Below are positions 53,835 through 63,505 of a stretch of DNA of 64,000 bases, in pieces; the stretch's first letter is position 1; each line of letters starts with the position of its first letter. The DNA lies in NCBI GenBank assembly GCA_950097015.1, contig CATNEN010000039.1, forward strand, positions 17,422,001 through 17,486,000, written 5' to 3'. The notes beneath the pieces were generated by a model. The model saw only the letters and a program-made list of their open reading frames with translations, was not told the DNA's origin and searched no databases. Position numbers and translations under genes: made by a program. Source of the DNA: Macrostomum hystrix (Eukaryota; Animalia; Platyhelminthes).

Positions 53835-56357
53835 ATGAGCTTGACAGTTACTGACGACTCCACCCCCACCGCGCTGAGCGAGAGCATGGCGACAAGGCAA
53901 CACAGTGGAGAGCCTCATTTAGTCGAGAGAAAGCACAAATGGATAGCAGTCCAAGTTACAGAGGACGAGTGCGCTAAAGTGGATGGCCAGCCGTTTATCT
54001 ACTGCCGTGATTACCTCGATTCAAATCACACTGTACTATTTGACAAACTATTGCAAACCACTCCTTGGGAGTCGCGACGATGCGTTATAAGAGGAATAGA
54101 GCACAATGAACCTCGCAGGACATTTGCTTATGGAAAGCCATACTCCTACTGTGGAGTAGAATGGAAAGAGAACAACAACTGGCCTGAGGAGCTGCTCCAG
54201 ATTAAACAGTGCTTGTCAAAAGAATTTAATGTTGACTTCAACAGTGTCCTCCTAAATCTATATCGAGATGGACAAGACTCAATCCAGCTGCATCAGGATA
54301 ATGAGAAGTGTCTCGGCATCAACCCAGTCATTGCCAGCCTGTCTCTTGGAGCTGAGAGATGCCTGACTGTTGAGAACACGGACGAAAAACGGCATTACTC
54401 ATTAATAATGTCACCAGGCAGCATGCTGGTGATGCAAGGGGACTGTCAGACCAAGTTCAAACATGGAGTCCTAAAGACGAGGGAAAGCGCACCACGCATC
54501 AACGTGACATTTCGCCACATTGTGCCTGAATTAAACGATGTACCAAGCCGCAACGAGCCGACGCCCTCAGAAACGAGTATGGACATTGCAGTAAAGACGC
54601 CTGAGCAGATAATCGATGAAAGGAAAAAATCTGAATCGACTGATGCAGCTGATGCCCACTTTGACATCTCATTCCTCAGTCAGCCTCTTCAAGAAGCCAA
54701 GACGCGACTCGGGAAGCGGAAGCAAAAGCTGGCTGACAAAGAATCAGCTGCGTCCGCCGAAGAGACGACCGTGTTAGAAGATGCGAGCTTTAAGGTCCCG
54801 AAGACCAAAAAGTTCCGAAAAAGGAGATCACCCATGAAGGGAGCTGACAAAAGCGATAAAGCCGTACAGACAGAGTTGATTCCAGTAGATGCAGCAACTA
54901 ACACAGAGAACAACCTACTGATGGATACAGACTGGAAACGTTTGAAATCTCTCGAGGAAGGAGTCGCAGCGGTTCTCAGTGAAGTAAAACAACTGAAAAG
55001 TAGCTTGTCAATTGATGAGTACATTCAAAAGACTCGCAATGCGCTTCAATCCTTGACCACCGGTCTAATGCATCAGTTAGAGGCAAAAGCCAAAGAAAGT
55101 CAAACGGAACTACTGAAAGCGCTAAACATCACAAAATCCGACGTTGTGAACCATCTAAAGCAAACAAGTAGCTCAACTAAGGATGCTATCATTAGCGAAG
55201 AAAGAGCAGTGAAGGCAGAAGTAATAAAAAGCCAACAAATCAGCCACAGCCTCGAGCAGAAGGTCGGTGAACTGGTCAGTCTGCAAGCGCTGGCGTTCAC
55301 TAAGACGCAGAATGAAAGAGCAGGACGGGAAACATATGCTGAGAAGGCCTCGCGCTCAGTGAACCCAACAGCATCTTCAAAAAATGTAACGATGGCAGTC
55401 AGTGCCAGTAAAAATGCAGAGAACGCATCAGGAGCTGTAGCAAGGGACTCGGAACCAGCTGAGGCAGAAAGCAACAGTTGTACCAAACAGAAAGTTAAAG
55501 AAGGCCTGAAAAAGCATGATATAGTCGTTGTCAGCTCAAAGCTAGGGAAAGCCCTTGACTATCGCAGACTCTTCCCGAATAGTACAATTCGAGTTGTCTA
55601 CTACAACACTCAAGAAAGGCTCATTGAATTACTGCAAGAGCCAAACTTCAGTGCGCAAGAATGTCTGGTAATTGACTTAAACCATGAGCCATCAATGGAG
55701 GTGGCATATAAAGCTGTCACTGCAATTGACGCTGGGCAAAGGCAACACGGTGCGAATTGCCTGCACCTACTCATCATCCCAGACAGTTCGACACGAACAG
55801 AACAACTCTTCGAGAAAGAACTGTGTGAGTATGGTGTTAAACATCAGCTTTTAACATTTAACTTTCATGAAATCCACTTCTACGACGGTGAACTCAACAG
55901 CAGCGGAGCGGACTTTTTGTTTGCGTTAATGTCCAAATGCATTCGAAATCTAAACCTGAAAGTACGGCCGCATCCGGCTAACACAGAGAACCAGCGCCAG
56001 CAAACAGTGCATCACCGGCATCAACACAGCTACAGAGAGTCACGAGGCGGCGGTGCAACTGGCTACAGGAACTATCGAGCGCATAGCAGCTACCCAGTTC
56101 GAGATGCCAATTACATCCGTAGCGAAATAGACCACCGCATCAGCACCAACGGCTATTTTGACAGAAGTCGTGCTAGCCGCTATCGAATCAGCAACGAGTA
56201 CGACTACAACAAAAGAGACCGCAAAAACTTTATAAGTGGCTATCGCGCCAATATCGAGCCCAGCAACTACCGCAGAAGTAGCTTTGGGTACCGCAACAGA
56301 TACCAACAAGTTGGTGTCAGGCGCCTCGACGACCGCCAGTTTCGTTGCGTCGACTAG
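53835..56357 (+). CDS. Retrotransposon ORF1p (840 aa): AlkB/ALKBH2-3-like 2OG-Fe(II) dioxygenase + coiled coil + degenerate SGNH-esterase-like domain + R/Y/S-rich tail
   Basis: Residues ~55-230: EPRRTFAYG, YSYCG, FNSVLLNLYRDGQDSIQLHQDNE (H153-x-D155), IASLSLGAER, GSMLVMQG..KHGV (H210), RINVTFR (R221/R227). Residues ~365-490 are heptad-rich. Residues ~561-710: IVVVSSKLGKALDYRRLFP..HFYDGELNSSG. Confidence 0.9.
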   Translation: MSLTVTDDSTPTALSESMATRQHSGEPHLVERKHKWIAVQVTEDECAKVDGQPFIYCRDYLDSNHTVLFDKLLQTTPWESRRCVIRGIEHNEPRRTFAYGKPYSYCGVEWKENNNWPEELLQIKQCLSKEFNVDFNSVLLNLYRDGQDSIQLHQDNEKCLGINPVIASLSLGAERCLTVENTDEKRHYSLIMSPGSMLVMQGDCQTKFKHGVLKTRESAPRINVTFRHIVPELNDVPSRNEPTPSETSMDIAVKTPEQIIDERKKSESTDAADAHFDISFLSQPLQEAKTRLGKRKQKLADKESAASAEETTVLEDASFKVPKTKKFRKRRSPMKGADKSDKAVQTELIPVDAATNTENNLLMDTDWKRLKSLEEGVAAVLSEVKQLKSSLSIDEYIQKTRNALQSLTTGLMHQLEAKAKESQTELLKALNITKSDVVNHLKQTSSSTKDAIISEERAVKAEVIKSQQISHSLEQKVGELVSLQALAFTKTQNERAGRETYAEKASRSVNPTASSKNVTMAVSASKNAENASGAVARDSEPAEAESNSCTKQKVKEGLKKHDIVVVSSKLGKALDYRRLFPNSTIRVVYYNTQERLIELLQEPNFSAQECLVIDLNHEPSMEVAYKAVTAIDAGQRQHGANCLHLLIIPDSSTRTEQLFEKELCEYGVKHQLLTFNFHEIHFYDGELNSSGADFLFALMSKCIRNLNLKVRPHPANTENQRQQTVHHRHQHSYRESRGGGATGYRNYRAHSSYPVRDANYIRSEIDHRISTNGYFDRSRASRYRISNEYDYNKRDRKNFISGYRANIEPSNYRRSSFGYRNRYQQVGVRRLDDRQFRCVD

Positions 56358-56565
56358 GACCGCCTGTCCAAGCCTGTCCGGCAACAACTTCAATCGCCGG
56401 GGGGGTGGAGGAGTCATTTAGCTGCTCAACTCGGGTCCTCTAACTCCTTTGCCTAATAACTTTCTATTTTTGATACCGTCAATTCCCATACCGCGCAACA
56501 GGTTTTGAAGGTTTTGAACCCGTCGTGACTGACTCTAAGGACTACTACTCCCTCTTTCTACGAGT

Positions 56566-59500
56566 ATGTTAACTTCTACGCTAAATTTTAACTCCCGAAT
56601 AGTCACTGAAACACAGGGCAGCTGCGAAAAGAAGGTTACTTATAATAAATCAGAGTTGATTATCACCAGTTGGAACATAGATGGACTGATGCTCAGTGGA
56701 GAATGCAAAATGGAATCACCATGTTTCCACGAACATATTAGGAATAGAGACATAGTTTTCCTCTGTGAGACCCACGCCAAACAGGAGCAGCTAGACTCAA
56801 ACACGCTGATAGATTTCACCTGCTTTGGAGCAGATGGAATCAAGGCAAGGGGAATCAACAAAGGTAGATTATCAAATGGCATGGTTTTCCTCGTTAAAAA
56901 TAATATTGCAAAGAGAACCACATTAGTGCACAAATCTGACTTCGCTCTGGTACTAAAAATAAAGCAAAAGCAGTCTGAAGAACCCCTGTATATCTTAGGG
57001 TGCTATATCCCACCGGAAAATTCTAAATACTACAAAGAAGATATATGGGAGGAGATTAAATATCTCATCCAGCTCTTCTCAAGAGAGGGCTCCGTATTAA
57101 CAGTAGGTGACTTCAATGCACGAACTGGCACATTACAGTCCAGCACTAGGGATAAGTTTCCCAGACAGAATCAGGACTCTGAGAAAAACAAGCATGGATT
57201 AAGACTGATGGAAATGTGCTCCGAGACCAAGAGCACGATTCTGAACGGAATGACTCAGGGTGACATTATGGGAAATTACACGTTTAGTAGCACACTAGGC
57301 CGAAGTACCATAGACTACGCTATTGCATCCATGGATAAAGTGGATATTATAAAAGACTTCTTTATTCATCCTCAAAGCTTTCTGTCCAGACATTGCCCGC
57401 TAACAGTCACTCTGATTTTTCCTGATCATGTCCAACCAGAACACGCAAACCAGGAAAAACATGAATCCTTCCCAATGCCTCCAAGATGGGACACTGAAAC
57501 GCAGGGAAGTTACATTGAGGCATTGAATAACAAACAAAGCGAAGAAATAATTAGAAAGTTGCAATCTATCGACGCACACGATGGAAAATCCCTGGAAAAT
57601 TTGTTCTCGAGCTTGACCAACCTGCTTAGAGACTCAGTGGCAGAAAGCTGCGCAAAGACAATCATTCCGAACAAGTTCTGGACAAATCGAGACGAGACAC
57701 TAAGAAACTTGAGCAAATCATTAAAGTACGTGGCCAGGAAAAAAAGACGTAGACCAACTGACAGCGCGCTGGCATCAGAATATAATGGGCTAGCGAAAAA
57801 ATACAAACAACAGCTCAAGAAACTTAAGCAGATGGACATAAATGACTGCATTCAGAAAATGGCGGCTAACGGAACCTCAAAGGGATTCTGGTCCGGTCTT
57901 AGAAGAGCAGAAGAGTTGCTGTTCCCCAGCAGGAGACTTAACAGATCTCAAGCCCCAATCGCTGACATCGCGGACAACCTAACCAAAGTGTTTAACGCAC
58001 ATCCTTCTTCGGGAACCCAGCCGCATCGCACAGATGAAGCAGTTAGTCCCGAAGATTTAATTAGCTGCGTAGATCTCGATAGAGCAGTTAAAAAGCTAAA
58101 GAGAAGAAAGGCTGCAGGAATAGATGGTATAACAAATGAGCACATTATCTACGGACAAGAGAAGCTAAAACCCGTACTTCTGAAGCTTTTTAACGCAAGC
58201 GTAAGACTCGGCCAGACTCCTGCACAGTGGTCAAATGCCCTAATCACACCGATTTATAAAAAGGGTTCCCGTAGTGACCCCAAAAACTACAGACCCATAA
58301 GCGTGCTGCCTGCCCTGGCTCGCCTGTTTGCCTCACTTATCTATGAAAAGCTAGAAACTCATATTCGCACCCTCGACTTGCTTTCAGCCAGTCAAATAGG
58401 AAATAGAAAGGGCTACCGAACTTCAGACCACATTGCCACTCTCTTGACGTTGATCCACAACAAAAAGCGTCGCAAAAGGCCATTTCACTTAGTGTTCTTT
58501 GACTTAAAAAGCGCATTTGACATGGTCCACCATCCAACACTTTTCCAACGACTTAGGGAGTTAAAGGTCAGCCCAGAAATAATCGAAGCAATACAAAGCA
58601 TGTACTCAGGAGCTAAATTCCAACTGAAGATCTCAGATGGCCAAGCAACTAAGGCAAGGAGCATAACAAATGGAGTAAGACAAGGCTGTCCCCTATCCCC
58701 TCTACTCTTCTCACTCTATATAGATCCTTTGAGCACATTGCTAAGGGATTCATTTCGCAGCGACACCTTCATTAAAGATGAACAAATCAACAACTTGCTG
58801 TACTGCGATGATTTAGTGATCTTTGGAGAGAATCCTCGAGAGTTGCAGAAGGGCCTCGATAAAGTGTCAGAATTTTGTCAGAGCCACAAGCTAGAAATCA
58901 ATATGCAAAAAACTAAGGTTATTAGCTGTTGCCCTGACCCATCAAAGACGGCTAACAAACTATTTCTGCAGGGACAACTGTTAGATAGCGTCAAAGAATG
59001 GAAATATCTTGGCTTTCACATCAATGCTAAAGGAACCGTGGATTCCCATGCCACAGAGATTAACAAAAAATGTGGATATCCTATTCTTCTCTTAAGGAAA
59101 TTAGCCAGCCATGGGGCGGTCAGATACAATCAGCTCATGCTGTACTGCACAGCAATGATAGAAAGCATAGCTCTGTACGCCTCTGAGGCCTGGGGGGCTT
59201 TTGTCTCGTGGAACCTGGGTCCTTGGGACCGCTGTCTTTTTGAAAGAGTAAACATCAAGTGCTGTAAAGCCATACTACAAGTCAGCCAAAATACGGATGG
59301 CAACGGGGCCCGCTCGGAGTTAGGCAGATTGCCTTTATTATACAACATCCAGAAAAGAAGCATTTCGTACTGGGCCTCCATAACAAGCCGGCCGGACTCC
59401 ATAATTTCCAAGTTATTGGCGGACCAAACATACAGTGATGTTGGAATCAAAGCAAAGACCAACAATGAGGTTATGCTGAACTGCAGAGGCATTAGTCCTG

Positions 59501-60000
59501 CAAAAGCAATTGGAAACCACAGGAAAAATTTCGTTTCTCAGTTCGATACCCATTGGAGACAAAGGACACAGAACTCAAGCAAGCTAAGTCACTTCTATTA
59601 CTCCTTCAAGCAATATTATTCAGCCGAAAAATATTTACAACAAATATACAACCCGGAGTGGAGACGTACCATAGCCTCGTTTAGACTAGGAAACCATAAG
59701 CTAGCTTGCGAAACATTGCGAACTGCGAGACCGAAAATTCCGTATGCAAATAGATTATGTAGTAAGTGCAAAACAGAAGTTGAAAACGAGGACCACTTCC
59801 TTTTTAAGTGCACTTGGAATAAGTATAGCGCAGTACGTTCGAAATTTGAGACGGAAGTTTCTGGGAAAACCCCCAATTTCATATCCTTAACAGCAGAAGA
59901 AAAATCTAACTACATAATGGCTCAAGACGATAGGGAAACCGCTGAAGCTTTAGCAAAATACATCATAGAAATATCTAAAATAAGGGAACAGCTGCCCTGA
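56566..60000 (+). CDS. Retrotransposon ORF2p (1144 aa): APE endonuclease, reverse transcriptase, C-terminal CCHC
   Basis: APE: SWNIDGL, FLCETH, CYIPP, GDFNAR, IDY, SRHCPL. RT: KAAGIDG, PIYKKG, NYRPISVL, FFDLKSAFD, GVRQGCPLSP, YCDD, KYLG. C-terminal C-x2-C-x8-H-x4-C. No stops or frameshifts. Confidence 0.97.
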   Translation: MLTSTLNFNSRIVTETQGSCEKKVTYNKSELIITSWNIDGLMLSGECKMESPCFHEHIRNRDIVFLCETHAKQEQLDSNTLIDFTCFGADGIKARGINKGRLSNGMVFLVKNNIAKRTTLVHKSDFALVLKIKQKQSEEPLYILGCYIPPENSKYYKEDIWEEIKYLIQLFSREGSVLTVGDFNARTGTLQSSTRDKFPRQNQDSEKNKHGLRLMEMCSETKSTILNGMTQGDIMGNYTFSSTLGRSTIDYAIASMDKVDIIKDFFIHPQSFLSRHCPLTVTLIFPDHVQPEHANQEKHESFPMPPRWDTETQGSYIEALNNKQSEEIIRKLQSIDAHDGKSLENLFSSLTNLLRDSVAESCAKTIIPNKFWTNRDETLRNLSKSLKYVARKKRRRPTDSALASEYNGLAKKYKQQLKKLKQMDINDCIQKMAANGTSKGFWSGLRRAEELLFPSRRLNRSQAPIADIADNLTKVFNAHPSSGTQPHRTDEAVSPEDLISCVDLDRAVKKLKRRKAAGIDGITNEHIIYGQEKLKPVLLKLFNASVRLGQTPAQWSNALITPIYKKGSRSDPKNYRPISVLPALARLFASLIYEKLETHIRTLDLLSASQIGNRKGYRTSDHIATLLTLIHNKKRRKRPFHLVFFDLKSAFDMVHHPTLFQRLRELKVSPEIIEAIQSMYSGAKFQLKISDGQATKARSITNGVRQGCPLSPLLFSLYIDPLSTLLRDSFRSDTFIKDEQINNLLYCDDLVIFGENPRELQKGLDKVSEFCQSHKLEINMQKTKVISCCPDPSKTANKLFLQGQLLDSVKEWKYLGFHINAKGTVDSHATEINKKCGYPILLLRKLASHGAVRYNQLMLYCTAMIESIALYASEAWGAFVSWNLGPWDRCLFERVNIKCCKAILQVSQNTDGNGARSELGRLPLLYNIQKRSISYWASITSRPDSIISKLLADQTYSDVGIKAKTNNEVMLNCRGISPAKAIGNHRKNFVSQFDTHWRQRTQNSSKLSHFYYSFKQYYSAEKYLQQIYNPEWRRTIASFRLGNHKLACETLRTARPKIPYANRLCSKCKTEVENEDHFLFKCTWNKYSAVRSKFETEVSGKTPNFISLTAEEKSNYIMAQDDRETAEALAKYIIEISKIREQLP

Positions 60001-60208
60001 GACTACGAGATTTTACTAGCATTCAACAATAGATATTACATAATTTGTTTTATCCCTGGCGTCCCTTGTGTTTTTACTGCTCTTATTTTTAATACCTTTG
60101 CTTTCCCTTCCCAGCTCGATATTTGATTCCTACTTAACTTCGCTTTTTATGTTGCTTTTCGTTGTTCATTTAAATGTGTTGTTAAAAAATATATATATAA
60201 AAAAATCA

Positions 60209-60253
60209 GCACCCATAGATGGCGTGCGCGTTTTAATAATAATAATAATAAAA
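60209..60253 (+). other. LINE 3'-terminal stem-loop and (TAA)n tail
   Basis: GCAC-CCAT-AG-ATGG-C-GTGC hairpin (60209-60227) followed by TTTTAATAATAATAATAATAAAA. Confidence 0.7.
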
Positions 60254-63200
60254 AAGTAGTTAGAATCTCAGCAAGACCAAGTAGTTAGAATCTCAGCAAG
60301 ACCAAGTAGTTAGAATCTCAGCAAGACCAAGTAGATAGAATCTCAGCAAGACCAAGTAGTTAGAATCTCAGCAAGAACAAGTAGTTAGAATCTCAGCAAG
60401 AACAAGTAGTTAGAATCTCAGCAAGACCAAGTAGTTAGAATCTCAGCAAGACCAAGTAGTTAGAATCTCAGCAAGACCAAGTAGTTAGAATCTCAGCAAG
60501 AACAAGTAGTTAGAATCTCAGCAAGAACAAGTAGTTAGAATCTCAGCAAGACCAAGTAGTTAGAATCTCAGCAAGACCAAGTAGTTAGAATCTCAGCAAG
60601 AACAAGTAGTTAGAATCTCAGCAAGACCAAGTAGTTAGAATCTCAGCAAGAACAAGTAGTTAGAATCTCAGCAAGAACAAGTAGTTAGAATCTCAGCAAG
60701 ACCAAGTAGTTAGAATCTCAGCAAGACCAAGTAGTTAGAATCTCAGCAAGAACAAGTAGTTAGAATCGCAGCAAGACCAAGTAGCTAGAATCTCAGCAAG
60801 ACCAAGTAGTTAGAATCGCAGCAAGACCAAGTAGTTAGAATCTCAGCAAGACCAAGTAGTTAGAATCTCAGCAAGACCAAGTAGTTAGAATCTCAGCAAG
60901 ACCAAGTAGTTAGAATCTCAGCAAGACCAACTAGTTAGAATCTCAGCAAGACCAAGTAGTTAGAATCTCAGCAAGACCAAGTAGTTAGAATCTCAGCAAG
61001 ACCAAGTAGATAGAATCTCAGCAAGACCAAGTAGTTAGAATCTCAGCAAGAACAAGTAGTTAGAATCTCAGCAAGGCCAAGTATTATAGTTAGAATCTCA
61101 GCAAGACCAAGTAGTTAGAATCTCAGCAAGGCCAAGTATTATAGTTAGAATCTCAGCAAGACCAAGTAGTTAGAATCGCAAGTAGCTAGAATCTCAGCAA
61201 GACCAAGTAGCTAGAATCTCAGCAAGATCAAGTAGCTAGAATCTCATCAAGATCAAGTAGTTAGAATCGCAGCAAGACCAAGTAGTTAGAATCTCAGCAA
61301 GACCAAGCAGTTAGAATCTCAGCAAGACCAAGTAGTTAGAATCTCAGCAAGACCAAGTAGTTAGAATCGCAAGTACCTAGAATCTCAGCAAGACCAAGCA
61401 GTTAGAATCTCAGCAAGATCAAGTAGTTAGAATCTCAGCAAGACCAAGCAGTTAGAATCTCAGCAAGACCAAGTAGTTAGAATCGCAGCAAGACCAAGTA
61501 ATCGCAAGCAGTTAGAATCTCAGCAAGACCAAGTAGTTAGAATCTCAGCAAGACCAAGTAGTTAGAATCGCAAGTACCTAGAATCTCAGCAAGATCAAGC
61601 AGTTAGAATCGCAAGTAGCTAGAATCTCAGCAAGACCAAGTAGTTAGAATCTCAGCAAGACCAAGTAGCTAGAATCTCAGCAAGATCAAGTAGTTAGAAT
61701 CTCAGCAAGACCAAGTAGCTAGAATCGCAGCAAGAACAAGTAGTTAGAATCTCAGCAAGACCAAGTAGTTAGAATCTCAGCAAGACCAAGTAGTTAGAAT
61801 CGCAAGTAGCTAGAATCTCAGCAAGACCAAGTAGCTAGAATCTCAGCAAGACCAAGTAGTTAGAATCTCAGCAAGACCAAGTAGTTAGAATCTCAGCAAG
61901 ACCAAGTAGTTAGAATCTCAGCAAGAACAAGTAGTTAGAATCTCAGCAAGACCAAGTAGTTAGAATCTCAGCAAGACCAAGTAGTTAGAATCTCAGCAAG
62001 ACCAAGTAGTTAGAATCTCAGCAAGACCAAGTAGTTAGAATCTCAGCAAGACCAAGTAGTTAGAATCTCAGCAAGATCAAGTAGCTAGAATCTCAGCAAG
62101 ACCAAGTAGTTAGAATCGCAGCAAGATCAAGTAGTTAGAATCTCAGCAAGACCAAGTAGTTAGAATCTCAGCAAGACCAAGTAGCTAGAATCTCAGCAAG
62201 ACCAAGTACCTAGAATCTCAGCAAGACCAAGTAGTTAGAATCTCAGCAAGACCAAGTAGTTAGAATCGCAAGTACCTAGAATCTCAGCAAGACCAAGTAC
62301 CTAGAATCTCAGCAAGACCAAGTAGTTAGAATCTCAGCAAGACCAAGTAGTTAAAATCGCAAGTACCTAGAATCTCAGCAAGACCAAGTAGTTAGAATCT
62401 CAGCAAGATCAAGTAGCTAGAATCTCAGCAAGACCAAGTAGTTAGAATCCCAGCAAGACCAAGTAGCTAGAATCTCAGCAAGAACAAGTAGCTAGAATCT
62501 CAGCAAGACCAAGTAGTTAGAATCTCAGCAAGACCAAGTAGTTAGAATCTCAGCAAGACCAAGTAGTTAGAATTGCAAGTACCTAGAATCTCAGCAAGAC
62601 CAAGTAGTTAGAATCTCAGCAAGACCAAGTAGTTAGAATCTCAGCAAGATCAAGTAGCTAGAATCTCAGCAAGACCAAGTAGTTAGAATCCCAGCAAGAC
62701 CAAGTAGCTAGAATCTCAGCAAGAACAAGTAGCTAGAATCTCAGCAAGACCAAGTAGTTAGAATCTCAGCAAGACCAAGTAGCTAGAATCTCAGCAAGAC
62801 CAAGTAGTTAGAATCTCAGCAAGACCAAGTAGTTAGAATCTCAGCAAGACCAAGTAGTTAGAATTGCAAGTACCTAGAATCTCAGCAAGACCAAGTAGTT
62901 AGAATCTCAGCAAGACCAAGTAGTTAGAATCTCAGCAAGACCAAGTAGTTAGAATCTCAGCAAGATCAAGTAGCTAGAATCTCAGCAAGAACAAGTAGTT
63001 AGAATCCCAGCAAGACCAAGTAGCTAGAATCTCAGCAAGACCAAGTAGTTAGAATCTCAGCAAGAACAAGTAGCTAGAATCTCAGCAAGAACAAGTAGCT
63101 AGAATCTCAGCAAGACCAAGTAGTTAGAATCTCAGCAAGACCAAGTAGTTAGAATCTCAGCAAGACCAAGTAGTTAGAATTGCAAGTACCTAGAATCTCA

Positions 63201-63505
63201 GCAAGACCAAGTAGTTAGAATCTCAGCAAGACCAAGTAGTTAGAATCTCAGCAAGACCAAGTAGTTAGAATCTCAGCAAGATCAAGTAGCTAGAATCTCA
63301 GCAAGACCAAGTAGTTAGAATCCCAGCAAGACCAAGTAGCTAGAATCTCAGCAAGAACAAGTAGCTAGAATCTCAGCAAGACCAAGTAGTTAGAATCTCA
63401 GCAAGACCAAGTAGTTAGAATCTCAGCAAGATCAAGTAGCTAGAATCTCAGCAAGAACAAGTAGCTAGAATCTCAGCAAGACCAAGTAGTTAGAATTACA
63501 GCAAG
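60254..63505. repeat. 25-bp satellite (AAGTAGTTAGAATCTCAGCAAGACC)n, ~130 copies, with interspersed 16-bp deletion variants
   Basis: 25-nt periodicity over ~3.25 kb. Confidence 0.98.

Larger units (their letters stand above)
53187..60253 (+). mobile_element. Apparently full-length, intact two-ORF non-LTR retrotransposon (RTEX-like), ~7067 bp
   Basis: Bounded on both sides by the same 25-bp satellite, with putative TSD AAGTAG (53181-53186 and 60254-60259). Layout: 5' (GCCATCTGA)n, ~650-bp 5' UTR, ORF1, 208-bp spacer, ORF2, then a 3' UTR with a stem-loop and (TAA)n/A tail. The clade is inferred from APE+RT+CCHC, YASEAWG and the esterase-like ORF1. Confidence 0.92.

Noticed and set aside
53835-56357. 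ORF1 as an independent host ALKBH2/3 gene next to a LINE
   Set aside because: It is intronless in an intron-rich genome, fused to ORF1-type coiled-coil and esterase-like regions, 208 bp from ORF2 on the same strand, and enclosed with ORF2 by the same interrupted satellite and TSD.
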